Positions 28,814 through 37,749 of a stretch of DNA of 64,000 nt are shown one piece after another. The position numbers and the translations under genes were made by a program. Numbering within the stretch: position 1 is the stretch's first letter; each line of letters begins with the position of its first letter. Under the pieces are notes generated by a model. That model saw only the letters and a list, made by a program, of their open reading frames with translations, was not told the origin of the DNA and ran no database searches. The stretch comes from Dehalococcoidia bacterium (lineage in GTDB: Bacteria > Chloroflexota > Dehalococcoidia > Dehalococcoidales > UBA2162). The DNA lies in contig DUFA01000115.1 of the NCBI GenBank assembly GCA_011191975.1, positions 3,765 to 67,764 on the forward strand, read 5' to 3'.

Positions 28814-29826
28814 TGATGGATGACAAAAAGAAAACACCTGAATTCATAATTCCTGAGACGGTATTAAATGGGGAGACCGCAGATATCTACTTCGCCCATA
28901 CTCTTTCTATACTCCGTAAAGAAAATTTAAATCCGGTAACGGTGATGGAAGTCTTTCCCGGGCGTGCCGGAATTCTCTGTGGTATGGAAGAGGTAAAAGC
29001 ATTGCTGAAAAAGGTGCTTGCGGAAGTAGAATGCGAAGTATGGGCGTTAAATGAAGGCGATGCTATGGATGCGAGGGAAGTAGTGCTGCGTATCAAAGCA
29101 CCTTACCAGAGCTATGGATTATACGAGACTGCTATCGATGGAATTCTTGCCCACAGCAGCGGATGGGCAACCGCTGCACGCAGATGTGTCGACGCAGCAT
29201 CCGGACTACCTGTTTTGAGTTTCGGTGTCCGTCATGTTCATCCTAATGTTGCCGCTGTGATGGATTACGCCGCGATGGTTGGAGGATGTTCCGGTTGTTC
29301 CAGCATTACCGGGGCTTTTTTGGCAGGAGTAACCCCGTCCGGAACCATGCCGCATGCCTTGATTCTGATTATGGGAGACACTGTCGCAGCTACGCTCGCT
29401 TTTGACAAGCACATGGATGCCAACGTCCCCCGTATCTCATTGGTCGATACCTTCCTGGATGAAAATGAAGAAAGCTTGCGTGTCGCACAGTCGCTTGGCG
29501 AAAAACTGGATAGCGTCAGGCTTGATACCCCTTCCGAACTCGGTGGGGTTACCCCGGAACTCGTTGAAAAAGTACGAAATACTCTGGACACTGCTGGGTA
29601 CACAACAGTACAGATATTTGTCAGTGGAGGGATTACTCCTGACCGAATCAAGGGATTCCTGAAGTCCGGAGCACCGGTCGATGGATTCGGCGTTGGTAGT
29701 TATATCAGCGGTGCACTGCCTATTGATTTTACCGCAGATCTGCATGAAATAGACGGTAAACCGATAGCCAAACGCGGAAGAACAGCCGGCATAACAGATA
29801 ATCCTAGGTTACGACGTATTATGTAA
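28813..29826 (+). CDS. Nicotinate phosphoribosyltransferase (short form)
   Basis: 337 aa, type II PRTase-like, adjacent to the nicotinamidase-like gene. Confidence 0.75.
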   Translation: MMDDKKKTPEFIIPETVLNGETADIYFAHTLSILRKENLNPVTVMEVFPGRAGILCGMEEVKALLKKVLAEVECEVWALNEGDAMDAREVVLRIKAPYQSYGLYETAIDGILAHSSGWATAARRCVDAASGLPVLSFGVRHVHPNVAAVMDYAAMVGGCSGCSSITGAFLAGVTPSGTMPHALILIMGDTVAATLAFDKHMDANVPRISLVDTFLDENEESLRVAQSLGEKLDSVRLDTPSELGGVTPELVEKVRNTLDTAGYTTVQIFVSGGITPDRIKGFLKSGAPVDGFGVGSYISGALPIDFTADLHEIDGKPIAKRGRTAGITDNPRLRRIM

Positions 29827-29948
29827 ACCGAAGAGACTCCCCCTGCACTCCTTGTATAAGCAACCTGCCGAATGTTAGTTATGTTACAACCAATACGATA
29901 GTAATAAACGGTAGTGATACTTTTCCCCTGAGATCTTTATCAGTCACC

Positions 29949-29977
29949 TTGACAACGTTTTGGTATTTGTTTATACT
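29949..29977 (+). promoter_or_regulatory. Sigma70-like promoter of the fur-feoAB operon
   Basis: TTGACA (29949..29954), a 17-nt spacer, then TATACT (29972..29977). Confidence 0.55.
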
Positions 29978-29987
29978 AATCCTAGTT

Positions 29988-30006
29988 GCAAATGATTATC
30001 ATTTGC
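29988..30006. promoter_or_regulatory. Fur box
   Basis: GCAAATGAT-T-ATCATTTGC is a perfect 9-1-9 palindrome matching the core of the classical 19-bp Fur box. It lies just downstream of the -10. Confidence 0.7.
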
Positions 30007-30028
30007 ATTTTAAATAGAGGTTAGTTGA

Positions 30029-30493
30029 ATGGCGTCAGACATATCCAAAACCAAAAAGAGGAACCGGGAACTGTTGAGTGAAGCAGGACTCCGTAATACC
30101 AGCCAGAGACAGTCGATACTTGATATTATTCGTCGTGGACAGGGACATCTGGATGCCGATGAGGTATATCGAAGAGCCCGTAGAAAGCAACCTCGCTTGA
30201 GTCTCTCTACAGTTTATAGAACTTTGCAAACTCTAAAAGAATTGGGACTCGTAGAAGAAGTACATCTTGATGAAACTCATCACCATTATGAGATAAAAGC
30301 ATCCAATGAACACCATCATCTTATCTGTTTAGGTTGTGGAAAAGTAGTTGAATTCGAGTGCCCAATGAGTGTGCAAATGAAAGAGGAAGTCAGTAAAGAA
30401 CAAGGATTTGAAGTTGTCAATACGGAAGTGCGAATGACCGGCTACTGCCCGGAATGTCGCAAGGAAAGAGAAGTATCTGATGCCGGGAAATAA
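30029..30493 (+). CDS. fur: Fur family transcriptional repressor
   Basis: Winged helix plus HHHYE/HHHLIC...CGKV...CPEC metal sites. Confidence 0.85.
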   Translation: MASDISKTKKRNRELLSEAGLRNTSQRQSILDIIRRGQGHLDADEVYRRARRKQPRLSLSTVYRTLQTLKELGLVEEVHLDETHHHYEIKASNEHHHLICLGCGKVVEFECPMSVQMKEEVSKEQGFEVVNTEVRMTGYCPECRKEREVSDAGK

Positions 30494-30722
30494 GCACATC
30501 GCGGTCAGCAAGATGAAGTCGGGTCAGACCGGGAAGATCATCGAAATACAGGGCGGACAGGGAATTACTGCCCGTCTTAATGCTCTTGGACTGATTCCGG
30601 GACGGACAATCACCAAGTTGAGTGATATGCTTATGCGAGGACCGGTAACGGTTAAAACAGGGAATACTCAGATAGCAATCGGTTATGGTATGGCAGATAA
30701 AATCATCGTAGAACTGGACTAA
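30480..30722 (+). CDS. feoA: FeoA family protein
   Basis: 80 aa with the VSKMKSGQTGKIIEI...RLNALGLIPG pattern. It overlaps fur by 14 nt. Confidence 0.8.
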   Translation: MPGNKHIAVSKMKSGQTGKIIEIQGGQGITARLNALGLIPGRTITKLSDMLMRGPVTVKTGNTQIAIGYGMADKIIVELD

Positions 30723-30731
30723 AATATACAT

Positions 30732-32438
30732 ATGAACATATTGCTGATGGGAAATCCCAACGTCGGTAAAAGCGTCATATTTTCACGCCTTACCGGCGTA
30801 AAAGTTATCGCGTCGAACTACTCCGGAACCACCGTGGGGTACACCAAGGGATATTTTAAAATCGGTGAGGAAATAGCCGATGTTATCGACGTACCGGGAA
30901 CATATACCCTCGAACCGACCAGCGAAGCAGAGAAAGTAGCCTCCGAAATGCTGGAGACGGGAGACGTCGTTATCAATGTAGTCGATGCAACGAACCTGGA
31001 AAGAAATCTTAACCTCACACTGCAAATACTTGAAAAACAAATCCCCGTAATTATAGCACTCAATATGTGGGATGATACCGAGCACCTGGGAATACAAATC
31101 GATCTGGATAAACTTCGGGAATTACTTGGAGTACCGATTATCCCCACCGTGGCTATAACCGGTCAAGGTATAAAAGAACTTGGTGAAAGCCTGCATCTGG
31201 CTGTATCGCCGGATACTCCCATACGCACCGCTGATGAACGATGGGCAACCATCGGAAACATAGTCAGCCAGGTACAGACCGTGACTCATCGCCACCATAC
31301 CTGGCGTGAACGCCTGAGCGATGCAAGTGTCAGGCCTTTGACCGGTACGGCCATGGCAGCAGCAATACTGGTTGGCTCTTTCTTCATGGTTCGACTTATA
31401 GGTGAAAGCCTGATTACGTACGTACTCGATCCATTATTTAATACGCTATGGACACCAGTATTACTCAAGTTGAATGATCTATTGGATGGAGGTGGATTTT
31501 TCAGCGACGTCCTTCTTGGTAACGTTGTCAACGGAGAGATTAATTATGTAGAATCGTTCGGACTCCTCACTACCGGATTATATGTGCCGTTTGCAATGGT
31601 GCTGCCCTATATTGTATCTTTCTATCTGGTACTAGGAATCCTGGAAGATACTGGATATCTTCCCCGCCTTGCAGTTCTTATGGATACGGTCATGCACCGG
31701 CTGGGCCTTCACGGTTACGCGATAATACCAAGCATGTTGGGTATGGGATGCAACGTACCGGCTATTCTCGCTACCCGTATACTTGAAAGCAAACGCGAAC
31801 GATTTATCGCTTCTACATTGATATCCATAGCAATACCCTGCTCTGCCCTGCAGGCTATGATTGTAGGTCTGCTGGGGCAACATGGTATTCAGTATGTCAT
31901 CATAGTATACGCGACGCTGTTCATTGTCTGGATAATACTCGGTTTCCTACTAAATCGATTTGCCAGGGGATTAAGCCCCGAGCTGTTGATCGAAATTCCT
32001 CCTTATCGCCTACCTCCATTAAGAATAGTGATGGAGAAATTGTGGATGCGTATTTTGGGATTCCTGAAAGAAGCAATCCCTCTTATCCTTATTACTGTGT
32101 TAATAATTAATGTACTCTATTTCCTCGGTGTATTCGATGCCATAGCCAACTTCACCGCACCTGTGATTACAGGATTGCTAGGCTTACCAAAGGAAGCGGT
32201 CACAGCACTAGTTATTGGTTTTCTCAGGAAAGACGTGGCTCTTGGAATGCTGGCTCCTCTGTCTCTTTCAGCCGGTCAACTTGTCGTTGGAAGCGTTGTT
32301 CTGGCTATGTTCTTTCCCTGTATTGCTACTTTTGCAGTATTACTGAGAGAACTGGGTTTTAAGACGTTACTGAAATCGGCGGCTATAATGATTGTCGCGT
32401 CATTGCTTGTCGGCGGTCTGCTGAACCTTGTTTTCTAA
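30732..32438 (+). CDS. feoB: Ferrous iron transporter FeoB
   Basis: N-terminal G domain (GNPNVGKS, DVPGTY) plus a polytopic membrane domain. Confidence 0.9.
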   Translation: MNILLMGNPNVGKSVIFSRLTGVKVIASNYSGTTVGYTKGYFKIGEEIADVIDVPGTYTLEPTSEAEKVASEMLETGDVVINVVDATNLERNLNLTLQILEKQIPVIIALNMWDDTEHLGIQIDLDKLRELLGVPIIPTVAITGQGIKELGESLHLAVSPDTPIRTADERWATIGNIVSQVQTVTHRHHTWRERLSDASVRPLTGTAMAAAILVGSFFMVRLIGESLITYVLDPLFNTLWTPVLLKLNDLLDGGGFFSDVLLGNVVNGEINYVESFGLLTTGLYVPFAMVLPYIVSFYLVLGILEDTGYLPRLAVLMDTVMHRLGLHGYAIIPSMLGMGCNVPAILATRILESKRERFIASTLISIAIPCSALQAMIVGLLGQHGIQYVIIVYATLFIVWIILGFLLNRFARGLSPELLIEIPPYRLPPLRIVMEKLWMRILGFLKEAIPLILITVLIINVLYFLGVFDAIANFTAPVITGLLGLPKEAVTALVIGFLRKDVALGMLAPLSLSAGQLVVGSVVLAMFFPCIATFAVLLRELGFKTLLKSAAIMIVASLLVGGLLNLVF

Positions 32439-32448
32439 GAGTTGTTGA

Positions 32449-33393
32449 CTACCTTTTTCTTGGAGGGACTTCCTCAATCGTTACTTTATTCAGTAATTTT
32501 TCTACATCTGCCCTCCTGCATAATTCTGTCCCCGGAGTCATAACTGCGGCCGCACCCATTGCTCCTCCAAGCCTGCAGGCTTCGATCAGAGGTTCGTTAC
32601 GGGACAGCCTTAATGCAAAACCCGCTACAGTGCAGTCACCAGCCCCAACAGCGCTTTTCACTTTTACCTTTGGAGGTGTAACCTTGTAGGTATAATCCTT
32701 ATTGGCTGCTATCAAACCTTCGCTTCCTCTGGATATAAGTACCACTTCGATTCCTTGATATACTAACTCCCTTGCTGCATTGATCACCGATTCTTCATCC
32801 GGCAAATCCTTGCCAAGCAGTTTTTCTGCTTCGTGCCTATTCGGCTTAATCATGTATGGTTTAGCTTTGATTCCTTCGGTCAACCAGTTGTCCGCAACAT
32901 CCAGGACAGTCTTAATTCCGCGATTTTTCGCATCCATAACGATCCGATAATAGATATCTTCAGGTGAACCGGGTGGTGCACTGCCACCGATAACGAGCAT
33001 GTCGGGATTTGGCCTTATCCCACTCAATTTCTTGCATAACCTGTCAAGCTCCTTTTTCGCTATGCGGGGACCCGGCGCGCCGATCAGAGTCTGATATTTG
33101 GTCTGTTTATCGACGATGATGAAATTGGTTCGGGTTTCACGTTTGATAGGTGTAAAACTGAAGAGAACACCTTCTTCATCTAACAGGATTTCCACCCGTC
33201 GACCGGTATCGCCACCGATAAAACCATAGGCTGTAGTAACACCATCCATTTCCTTTATTGCCCGGGACACATCGATAGCCTTCCCTCCGGCATATTGAAT
33301 ACGTTTTGTCCACCGGTTCGTTTCATCCACAAGGAGTCCGTCTACGATAATATATTCATCCAGGCACGGGTTTAGTGTCAGTGTTGCTATCAT
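32449..33393 (-). CDS. PfkB-family sugar kinase (1-phosphofructokinase/tagatose-6-P kinase-like)
   Basis: MIATLTLNPCLDE N-terminus and the C-terminal GAGDC motif. Confidence 0.8.
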   Translation of the reverse strand: MIATLTLNPCLDEYIIVDGLLVDETNRWTKRIQYAGGKAIDVSRAIKEMDGVTTAYGFIGGDTGRRVEILLDEEGVLFSFTPIKRETRTNFIIVDKQTKYQTLIGAPGPRIAKKELDRLCKKLSGIRPNPDMLVIGGSAPPGSPEDIYYRIVMDAKNRGIKTVLDVADNWLTEGIKAKPYMIKPNRHEAEKLLGKDLPDEESVINAARELVYQGIEVVLISRGSEGLIAANKDYTYKVTPPKVKVKSAVGAGDCTVAGFALRLSRNEPLIEACRLGGAMGAAAVMTPGTELCRRADVEKLLNKVTIEEVPPRKR

Positions 33394-33557
33394 AATTCAT
33401 CTCCGATATCTTAAACCATGATTTGAGACATTATGTATTATTTTATTCACAAATTCAAGGATACTGCTTAGGCAAATTGGACAATATACCGTTTGTCTTT
33501 CACGTATACTTGGTCTATAATTGGCAAATACCAAACAGATTTACACATGAGGAGAAC

Positions 33558-34220
33558 ATGATACGCTGGTATTATTACATTGCTAGGTTAGCTGTTATTT
33601 TATTTTTCAAAGTATTCACCAGATGGCAAGTAGTTGATCGGGAAAACATCCCTGCTCAAGGAGGTTTACTTTTAGTCTCAAACCACCTCAGTAATGCCGA
33701 TCCACCATTACTAAGTGTTACACTTAAACGTGATACACTCTTTATGGCTAAAAAAGAACTTTTTCGCAATCCGATACTCGGCTATATTCTCTATGGATTC
33801 GGAGCTTTCCCGGTGCATCGCGGTCAACTCGATCGGAAAGCACTCCGCCATGCTGAACAGGCGCTTTCGGATAAAAAGATATTAGTGATATTCCCTGAAG
33901 CTTCAAGAAGCAAGGAGGCCCGATTGAAAAAGGCATTTCCTGGTTCTGCGATGATAGCTGTCAGAACTAATGCACCGATTGTACCTGTGGCGATCACAGG
34001 CACAGAAAAAGTGGTAGGTCTAAAATGGATGTTACGACGCCCTGGAATACAAGTACGTTTTGGAAAGCCTTTTAATCTTCCACCGACAAACGGCAGAAAA
34101 ACCAGGGATGTTCTTGATGAATCGACGAGTATTGTTATGCGACGCATTGCTGACTTACTCCCTGCAGAATATCGTGGTATTTATTCCGATCAGGAGAGAA
34201 GTGATGAATCTCAGGATTGA
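33558..34220 (+). CDS. plsC: 1-acyl-sn-glycerol-3-phosphate acyltransferase
   Basis: NHLSNADP (HxxxxD) and FPEASRS motifs. The ATG at 33558 follows GAGGAG; the ORF-track start at 33423 is unlikely. Confidence 0.8.
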   Translation: MIRWYYYIARLAVILFFKVFTRWQVVDRENIPAQGGLLLVSNHLSNADPPLLSVTLKRDTLFMAKKELFRNPILGYILYGFGAFPVHRGQLDRKALRHAEQALSDKKILVIFPEASRSKEARLKKAFPGSAMIAVRTNAPIVPVAITGTEKVVGLKWMLRRPGIQVRFGKPFNLPPTNGRKTRDVLDESTSIVMRRIADLLPAEYRGIYSDQERSDESQD

Positions 34221-35052
34221 AAAAGCTCCTATGACAGGCTTTTGCTTCGGTGTCAAACGGGCTATTGACGCTCTTGAAAAGGTGGTTAAGGAGAATGGGC
34301 AAATTGAAACACTGGGAGCTGTGGTACATAACCACCAGGTTATGCAGAGACTGGTTGACATAGGTGTAAGAGTTGCTGACAGTGTTGAAGAGATACAAGG
34401 AAAAACAGTGGCTATCAGCGCTCACGGTGTCGGGCCTCAAGTAGAGGATGAAATCCGGAAACGCAATATTGAAATAGTAAATTTTACTTGCTCATTCGTA
34501 AAGCGTGCCCAAACTGCCGCCCGTAGATTGGCAAGAGCCGGATTTTTCGTAATCGTTCACGGGGATGTCAATCATCCTGAAGTGAAAGGAATTCTGGGGT
34601 GGGCTGATGGGAAAGGGATCGCCACGATGGATATCGAGTCACTATCTATTCTAGATAACCTTCCTCGACGTATCGGTGTACTGTCACAGACCACGCAGAT
34701 TCCAGCTTTTTTTACCGTATTCGTCAAAGATCTTGTAGACCGGGCTTTGAAGAAAGATACAGAAATCAGGATCATTGACACTATCTGCCATGATATTAGG
34801 GAACGCCAGCAAGCGACGCTTGATCTGGCAGGTAAAGTTGATATTATGCTGGTCATAGGAAGCAACACAAGTGCCAATACCAATCATCTAGCAAAGATGT
34901 GTGCGACCGCGACAAAAACTTACCAGGTTGAAACAGCAGATGACATTTTACCGTCGTGGTTTAAAGTTAACCAGCTTGTCGGGGTAACCAGCGGAACATC
35001 GGCCTCTGAAGAAACCATTAACGAAGTAGTATCTAAGCTTAAGTCATTATGA
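34204..35052 (+). CDS. ispH: 4-hydroxy-3-methylbut-2-enyl diphosphate reductase
   Basis: MNLRIEKAPMTGFCFGVKRAI... with the conserved Cys/His pattern. It overlaps plsC by 17 nt. Confidence 0.9.
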   Translation: MNLRIEKAPMTGFCFGVKRAIDALEKVVKENGQIETLGAVVHNHQVMQRLVDIGVRVADSVEEIQGKTVAISAHGVGPQVEDEIRKRNIEIVNFTCSFVKRAQTAARRLARAGFFVIVHGDVNHPEVKGILGWADGKGIATMDIESLSILDNLPRRIGVLSQTTQIPAFFTVFVKDLVDRALKKDTEIRIIDTICHDIRERQQATLDLAGKVDIMLVIGSNTSANTNHLAKMCATATKTYQVETADDILPSWFKVNQLVGVTSGTSASEETINEVVSKLKSL

Positions 35053-35091
35053 CAAGTGTAATGAATAAGTCTGGAATGTCTCTGTAAAGAA

Positions 35092-35580
35092 TTAATACGT
35101 CGTGGTGAGTATTTCTGTCATATACTCGAGGGTTCGATCGCGTATTTTTTGCAGGCTTTCAATCAGTAATTCGCGCTCTTCCTCATTTAAAACTAAAAAT
35201 ACATCGTGTATTGTCTGGCGTACCAGAGAATTCTGATAGGCTTCATGCCCTTTATCGGTCAATCCTATTTTCCACGAATTTGCCTTTTGGGGATCTTTGT
35301 TTCTTGATATCAGCCCCTTGCTTTCCATCCTGGTAAGGAGGGCTGTAACCGTATTATGCTCGCGCATTAATAATTTTGAAATCATTGCCGGGGTTGCACT
35401 ATCACCAATAAGGTTAACTACAAATAATGCTCTTGCTTCAACCGCGGTTATTCCATATTGCCCTAATTCATTATCTCTTGCTTTGAATAATATATCTCTT
35501 GTCTGGATAATCATCGCCCAGAGGGCAAAGTCTCTGTCGCTGTCTTTAGCAGCTGCGTCGATATCTCTGGTTTCTGCCAT
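35092..35580 (-). CDS. MarR family transcriptional regulator
   Basis: 162 aa with a winged HTH (PAMISKLLMREHNTVTALLTRMESKGLI). Confidence 0.85.
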   Translation of the reverse strand: MAETRDIDAAAKDSDRDFALWAMIIQTRDILFKARDNELGQYGITAVEARALFVVNLIGDSATPAMISKLLMREHNTVTALLTRMESKGLISRNKDPQKANSWKIGLTDKGHEAYQNSLVRQTIHDVFLVLNEEERELLIESLQKIRDRTLEYMTEILTTTY

Positions 35581-35667
35581 GTTATCTCCCTCTCAACTGC
35601 GAATACATATATTCTGCTAATCTTTAATATGTAGGGAATTAATATAAAAAATTATACAAAAATAACC

Positions 35668-35696
35668 TTGACATTAGAAAAATATTCCATTATACT
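35668..35696 (+). promoter_or_regulatory. Near-consensus sigma70 promoter
   Basis: TTGACA, a 17-nt spacer, then TATACT. The 10-bp palindrome TCGTATACGA (35702..35711) follows immediately. Confidence 0.55.
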
Positions 35697-35800
35697 CGAT
35701 GTCGTATACGATATTGTATAATTTATTCACTAACCTGACTATTATTAACATTTACGCTCGAAAAAATCAAATACAGTACTTTTAAACCATAAATAAGCTT

Positions 35801-35967
35801 GGTGGCTAGTCCTGTCGGGGGAAATCCAGGGTGCTGGGATTTAGCAGCTCGTCTCAGCTTAAATACCAACCATACCCCTCCCGTGACCGGAGCCCTGGGG
35901 GTAATCGGGCTTAGCGACAGGGCTGGCTCGAATGCAAAGGGGGATTAACTATCCCCCTTTCTTTTTT
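35801..35967 (+). ncRNA. Candidate structured small RNA or leader, family unassigned
   Basis: A 13-bp closing helix pairs 35805..35817 with 35915..35927. Internal hairpins sit at 35822..35842 and 35891..35911. A strong terminator follows. The element lies in a 556-bp AT-rich intergenic region. Confidence 0.4.
35936..35967 (+). terminator. Intrinsic terminator
   Basis: AAAGGGGGAT-TAACT-ATCCCCCTTT (10-bp stem) followed by CTTTTTT. Confidence 0.75.
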
Positions 35968-36136
35968 AATCGGATTTTTCTACCTGAATTTATCCCCTTC
36001 ATATTATTATAATATGCACAAATCGATTCATATTTTATGAAGTATTTGGTTTGTTTTCAAGGCTGATATTTTGCGAGACAAGGCGTACTGTGTTAATATT
36101 TTTGAAAGATAATCTACCTGCCGAAGAGGAGTAACC

Positions 36137-37291
36137 TTGGATCATTTACTTACAGAAGAACAAAGAACAATCAAAGAACTTGTAAGAACCATTGCTGATG
36201 AAAAAATAGTTCCGGTAAGGGCTGAGTTCGACGAAACCGGTGAATTTCCATGGGGAATAATGAAAACCCTTGCTGAGACTGATATGTTCCGGATTTTTGT
36301 TCCTGAAGAATACGAAGGGTTGGGTGGAGGATGTCTCGATCTCTGCCTTGTGATAGAAGAATTAAGCCGGGCTTGTGCGGGAATAGCGCTCTGTTATGCC
36401 GCGTCATCCCTCGGTACGGTTGCACTGGTTAAGTATGGCTCTCATGAACAGAAACAGAAATACCTCCCCTTTATTGCCAGCGGAGAAAAGCTGGCCGCAC
36501 TCAGTATCACCGAAGAATCAGCAGGAAGCGATCCTGGTGGTCTGAAAACTACTGCTAAGAAAGTGGACGGTGGTTATCTCCTAAATGGAAACAAGCTGTT
36601 CGTCAGTAACGGCGGAGAAGCTGAAATCTATTCGGTGCTTGCCTTGACAGACAAAACGAAAGGTCCGCGCGGTGCCAGTATTATTCTTGTAGAAAAAGAC
36701 ACCCCCGGATTTACCTTTGGTCGAAAAGAGAACAAGATGGGCATCCGTGCTTCCTCTACCAGGGAACTCGTATTCGAGGACTGCTTTGTACCTGGAGAAA
36801 ATCTAATCGGTAAAGAAGGCCAGGGTTTTATCATTACCCTCAACATATTCGACGAATCACGTCCCGGAATCGGCGCTCAGGCTGTCGGAATCGCCCAGGG
36901 CGCACTGGATGCTGCCACGGAGTATGCGAAGCAACGTATCCAGTTCGGTCATCCTATTATCTCTATCCAGGCCATTCAACACCTGCTAGCTGATATGGCT
37001 ATACAGACCGAAGCCGCCAGAGCTCTTAACTATGCGGTAGCCAGGGCTATCGATGCGGGAGCAACAAAACACTCCGGCGAATCAGCGATGACAAAAGTAC
37101 ATGCATCCGACGTTGCGATGAAAGTAACCACCGATGCAGTACAGATTTTCGGCGGTTCCGGTTATATGCGTGACTATCCTGTAGAAAAGATGATGAGAGA
37201 TGCCAAAATTACCCAGATATACGAAGGGACCAACCAGGTATTGAGAAATACTATTGCCGCCGAAATTAGAAAGAAGAGAAGTCGGGACTAG
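36137..37291 (+). CDS. Acyl-CoA dehydrogenase
   Basis: 384 aa with ACAD N-terminal, middle and C-terminal domains. TTG start after GAGGAG. Confidence 0.9.
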   Translation: MDHLLTEEQRTIKELVRTIADEKIVPVRAEFDETGEFPWGIMKTLAETDMFRIFVPEEYEGLGGGCLDLCLVIEELSRACAGIALCYAASSLGTVALVKYGSHEQKQKYLPFIASGEKLAALSITEESAGSDPGGLKTTAKKVDGGYLLNGNKLFVSNGGEAEIYSVLALTDKTKGPRGASIILVEKDTPGFTFGRKENKMGIRASSTRELVFEDCFVPGENLIGKEGQGFIITLNIFDESRPGIGAQAVGIAQGALDAATEYAKQRIQFGHPIISIQAIQHLLADMAIQTEAARALNYAVARAIDAGATKHSGESAMTKVHASDVAMKVTTDAVQIFGGSGYMRDYPVEKMMRDAKITQIYEGTNQVLRNTIAAEIRKKRSRD

Positions 37292-37332
37292 TCCCAACCT
37301 CTCTTTAACTCTATTTGTCTTGTCAGCTATCA

Positions 37333-37614
37333 CTACCCTATTGTTGCCAGGGTCAGAAGGATGATATGATCATCCTCTTTGAGAACCAGATCCCTGTCGT
37401 CAACATAGAAACGACCGTTAATATTAAAAGTAAAACCGTCCAGGAGGAAATTATTCCCTGGCGTAATAACTTCTCCTTCAAGCGATGGTATTTCACGTCG
37501 TAACGAACCGACAATATCGGTCAGTTTCGCTCCATCTTCGAGTTCGAATTCGATTTCACGTATTCCTGATATGGAATACGGCAGACCGAACATCTCAACG
37601 GTATATGTCGCCAT
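37333..37614 (-). CDS. MoaD/ThiS-like beta-grasp protein
   Basis: 93 aa, downstream of AOR, with a beta-grasp-like sequence. The C-terminus is ...LATIG*, not the usual GG. Confidence 0.55.
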   Translation of the reverse strand: MATYTVEMFGLPYSISGIREIEFELEDGAKLTDIVGSLRREIPSLEGEVITPGNNFLLDGFTFNINGRFYVDDRDLVLKEDDHIILLTLATIG

Positions 37615-37673
37615 GGTTATATTTTCTCCTCAGAGGATGTATCTTGAATGTATATATTAATTATAACGTAAAT

Positions 37674-37710
37674 CGGTCAGGTAATGCAGGTTTCTTGCAT
37701 TACCTGACCG
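37674..37710 (-). terminator. Strong hairpin between AOR and the MoaD-like gene
   Basis: 15-bp perfect stem CGGTCAGGTAATGCA/TGCATTACCTGACCG with a 7-nt loop. The downstream U-run on the minus strand is weak (AUUUACGUU). Confidence 0.45.
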
Positions 37711-37749
37711 ACATCAATCTTGATTTCGATTTGACGTTCTACACGATAA

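Noticed and set aside
35801-35935. Structured RNA candidate might be SRP (4.5S) RNA, 6S RNA, or a TPP, ZTP or cobalamin riboswitch.
   Set aside because: There is no GGAA-tetraloop/AGCAGC helix-8 motif at the apex, so it is not SRP RNA. The GCUGAGA-like string occurs only on the opposite strand and lacks the rest of the TPP core. CGUGAC...CCUGGG only loosely resembles ZTP, and the genomic context (an acyl-CoA dehydrogenase) does not fit. No B12 box is present. I leave it unassigned.
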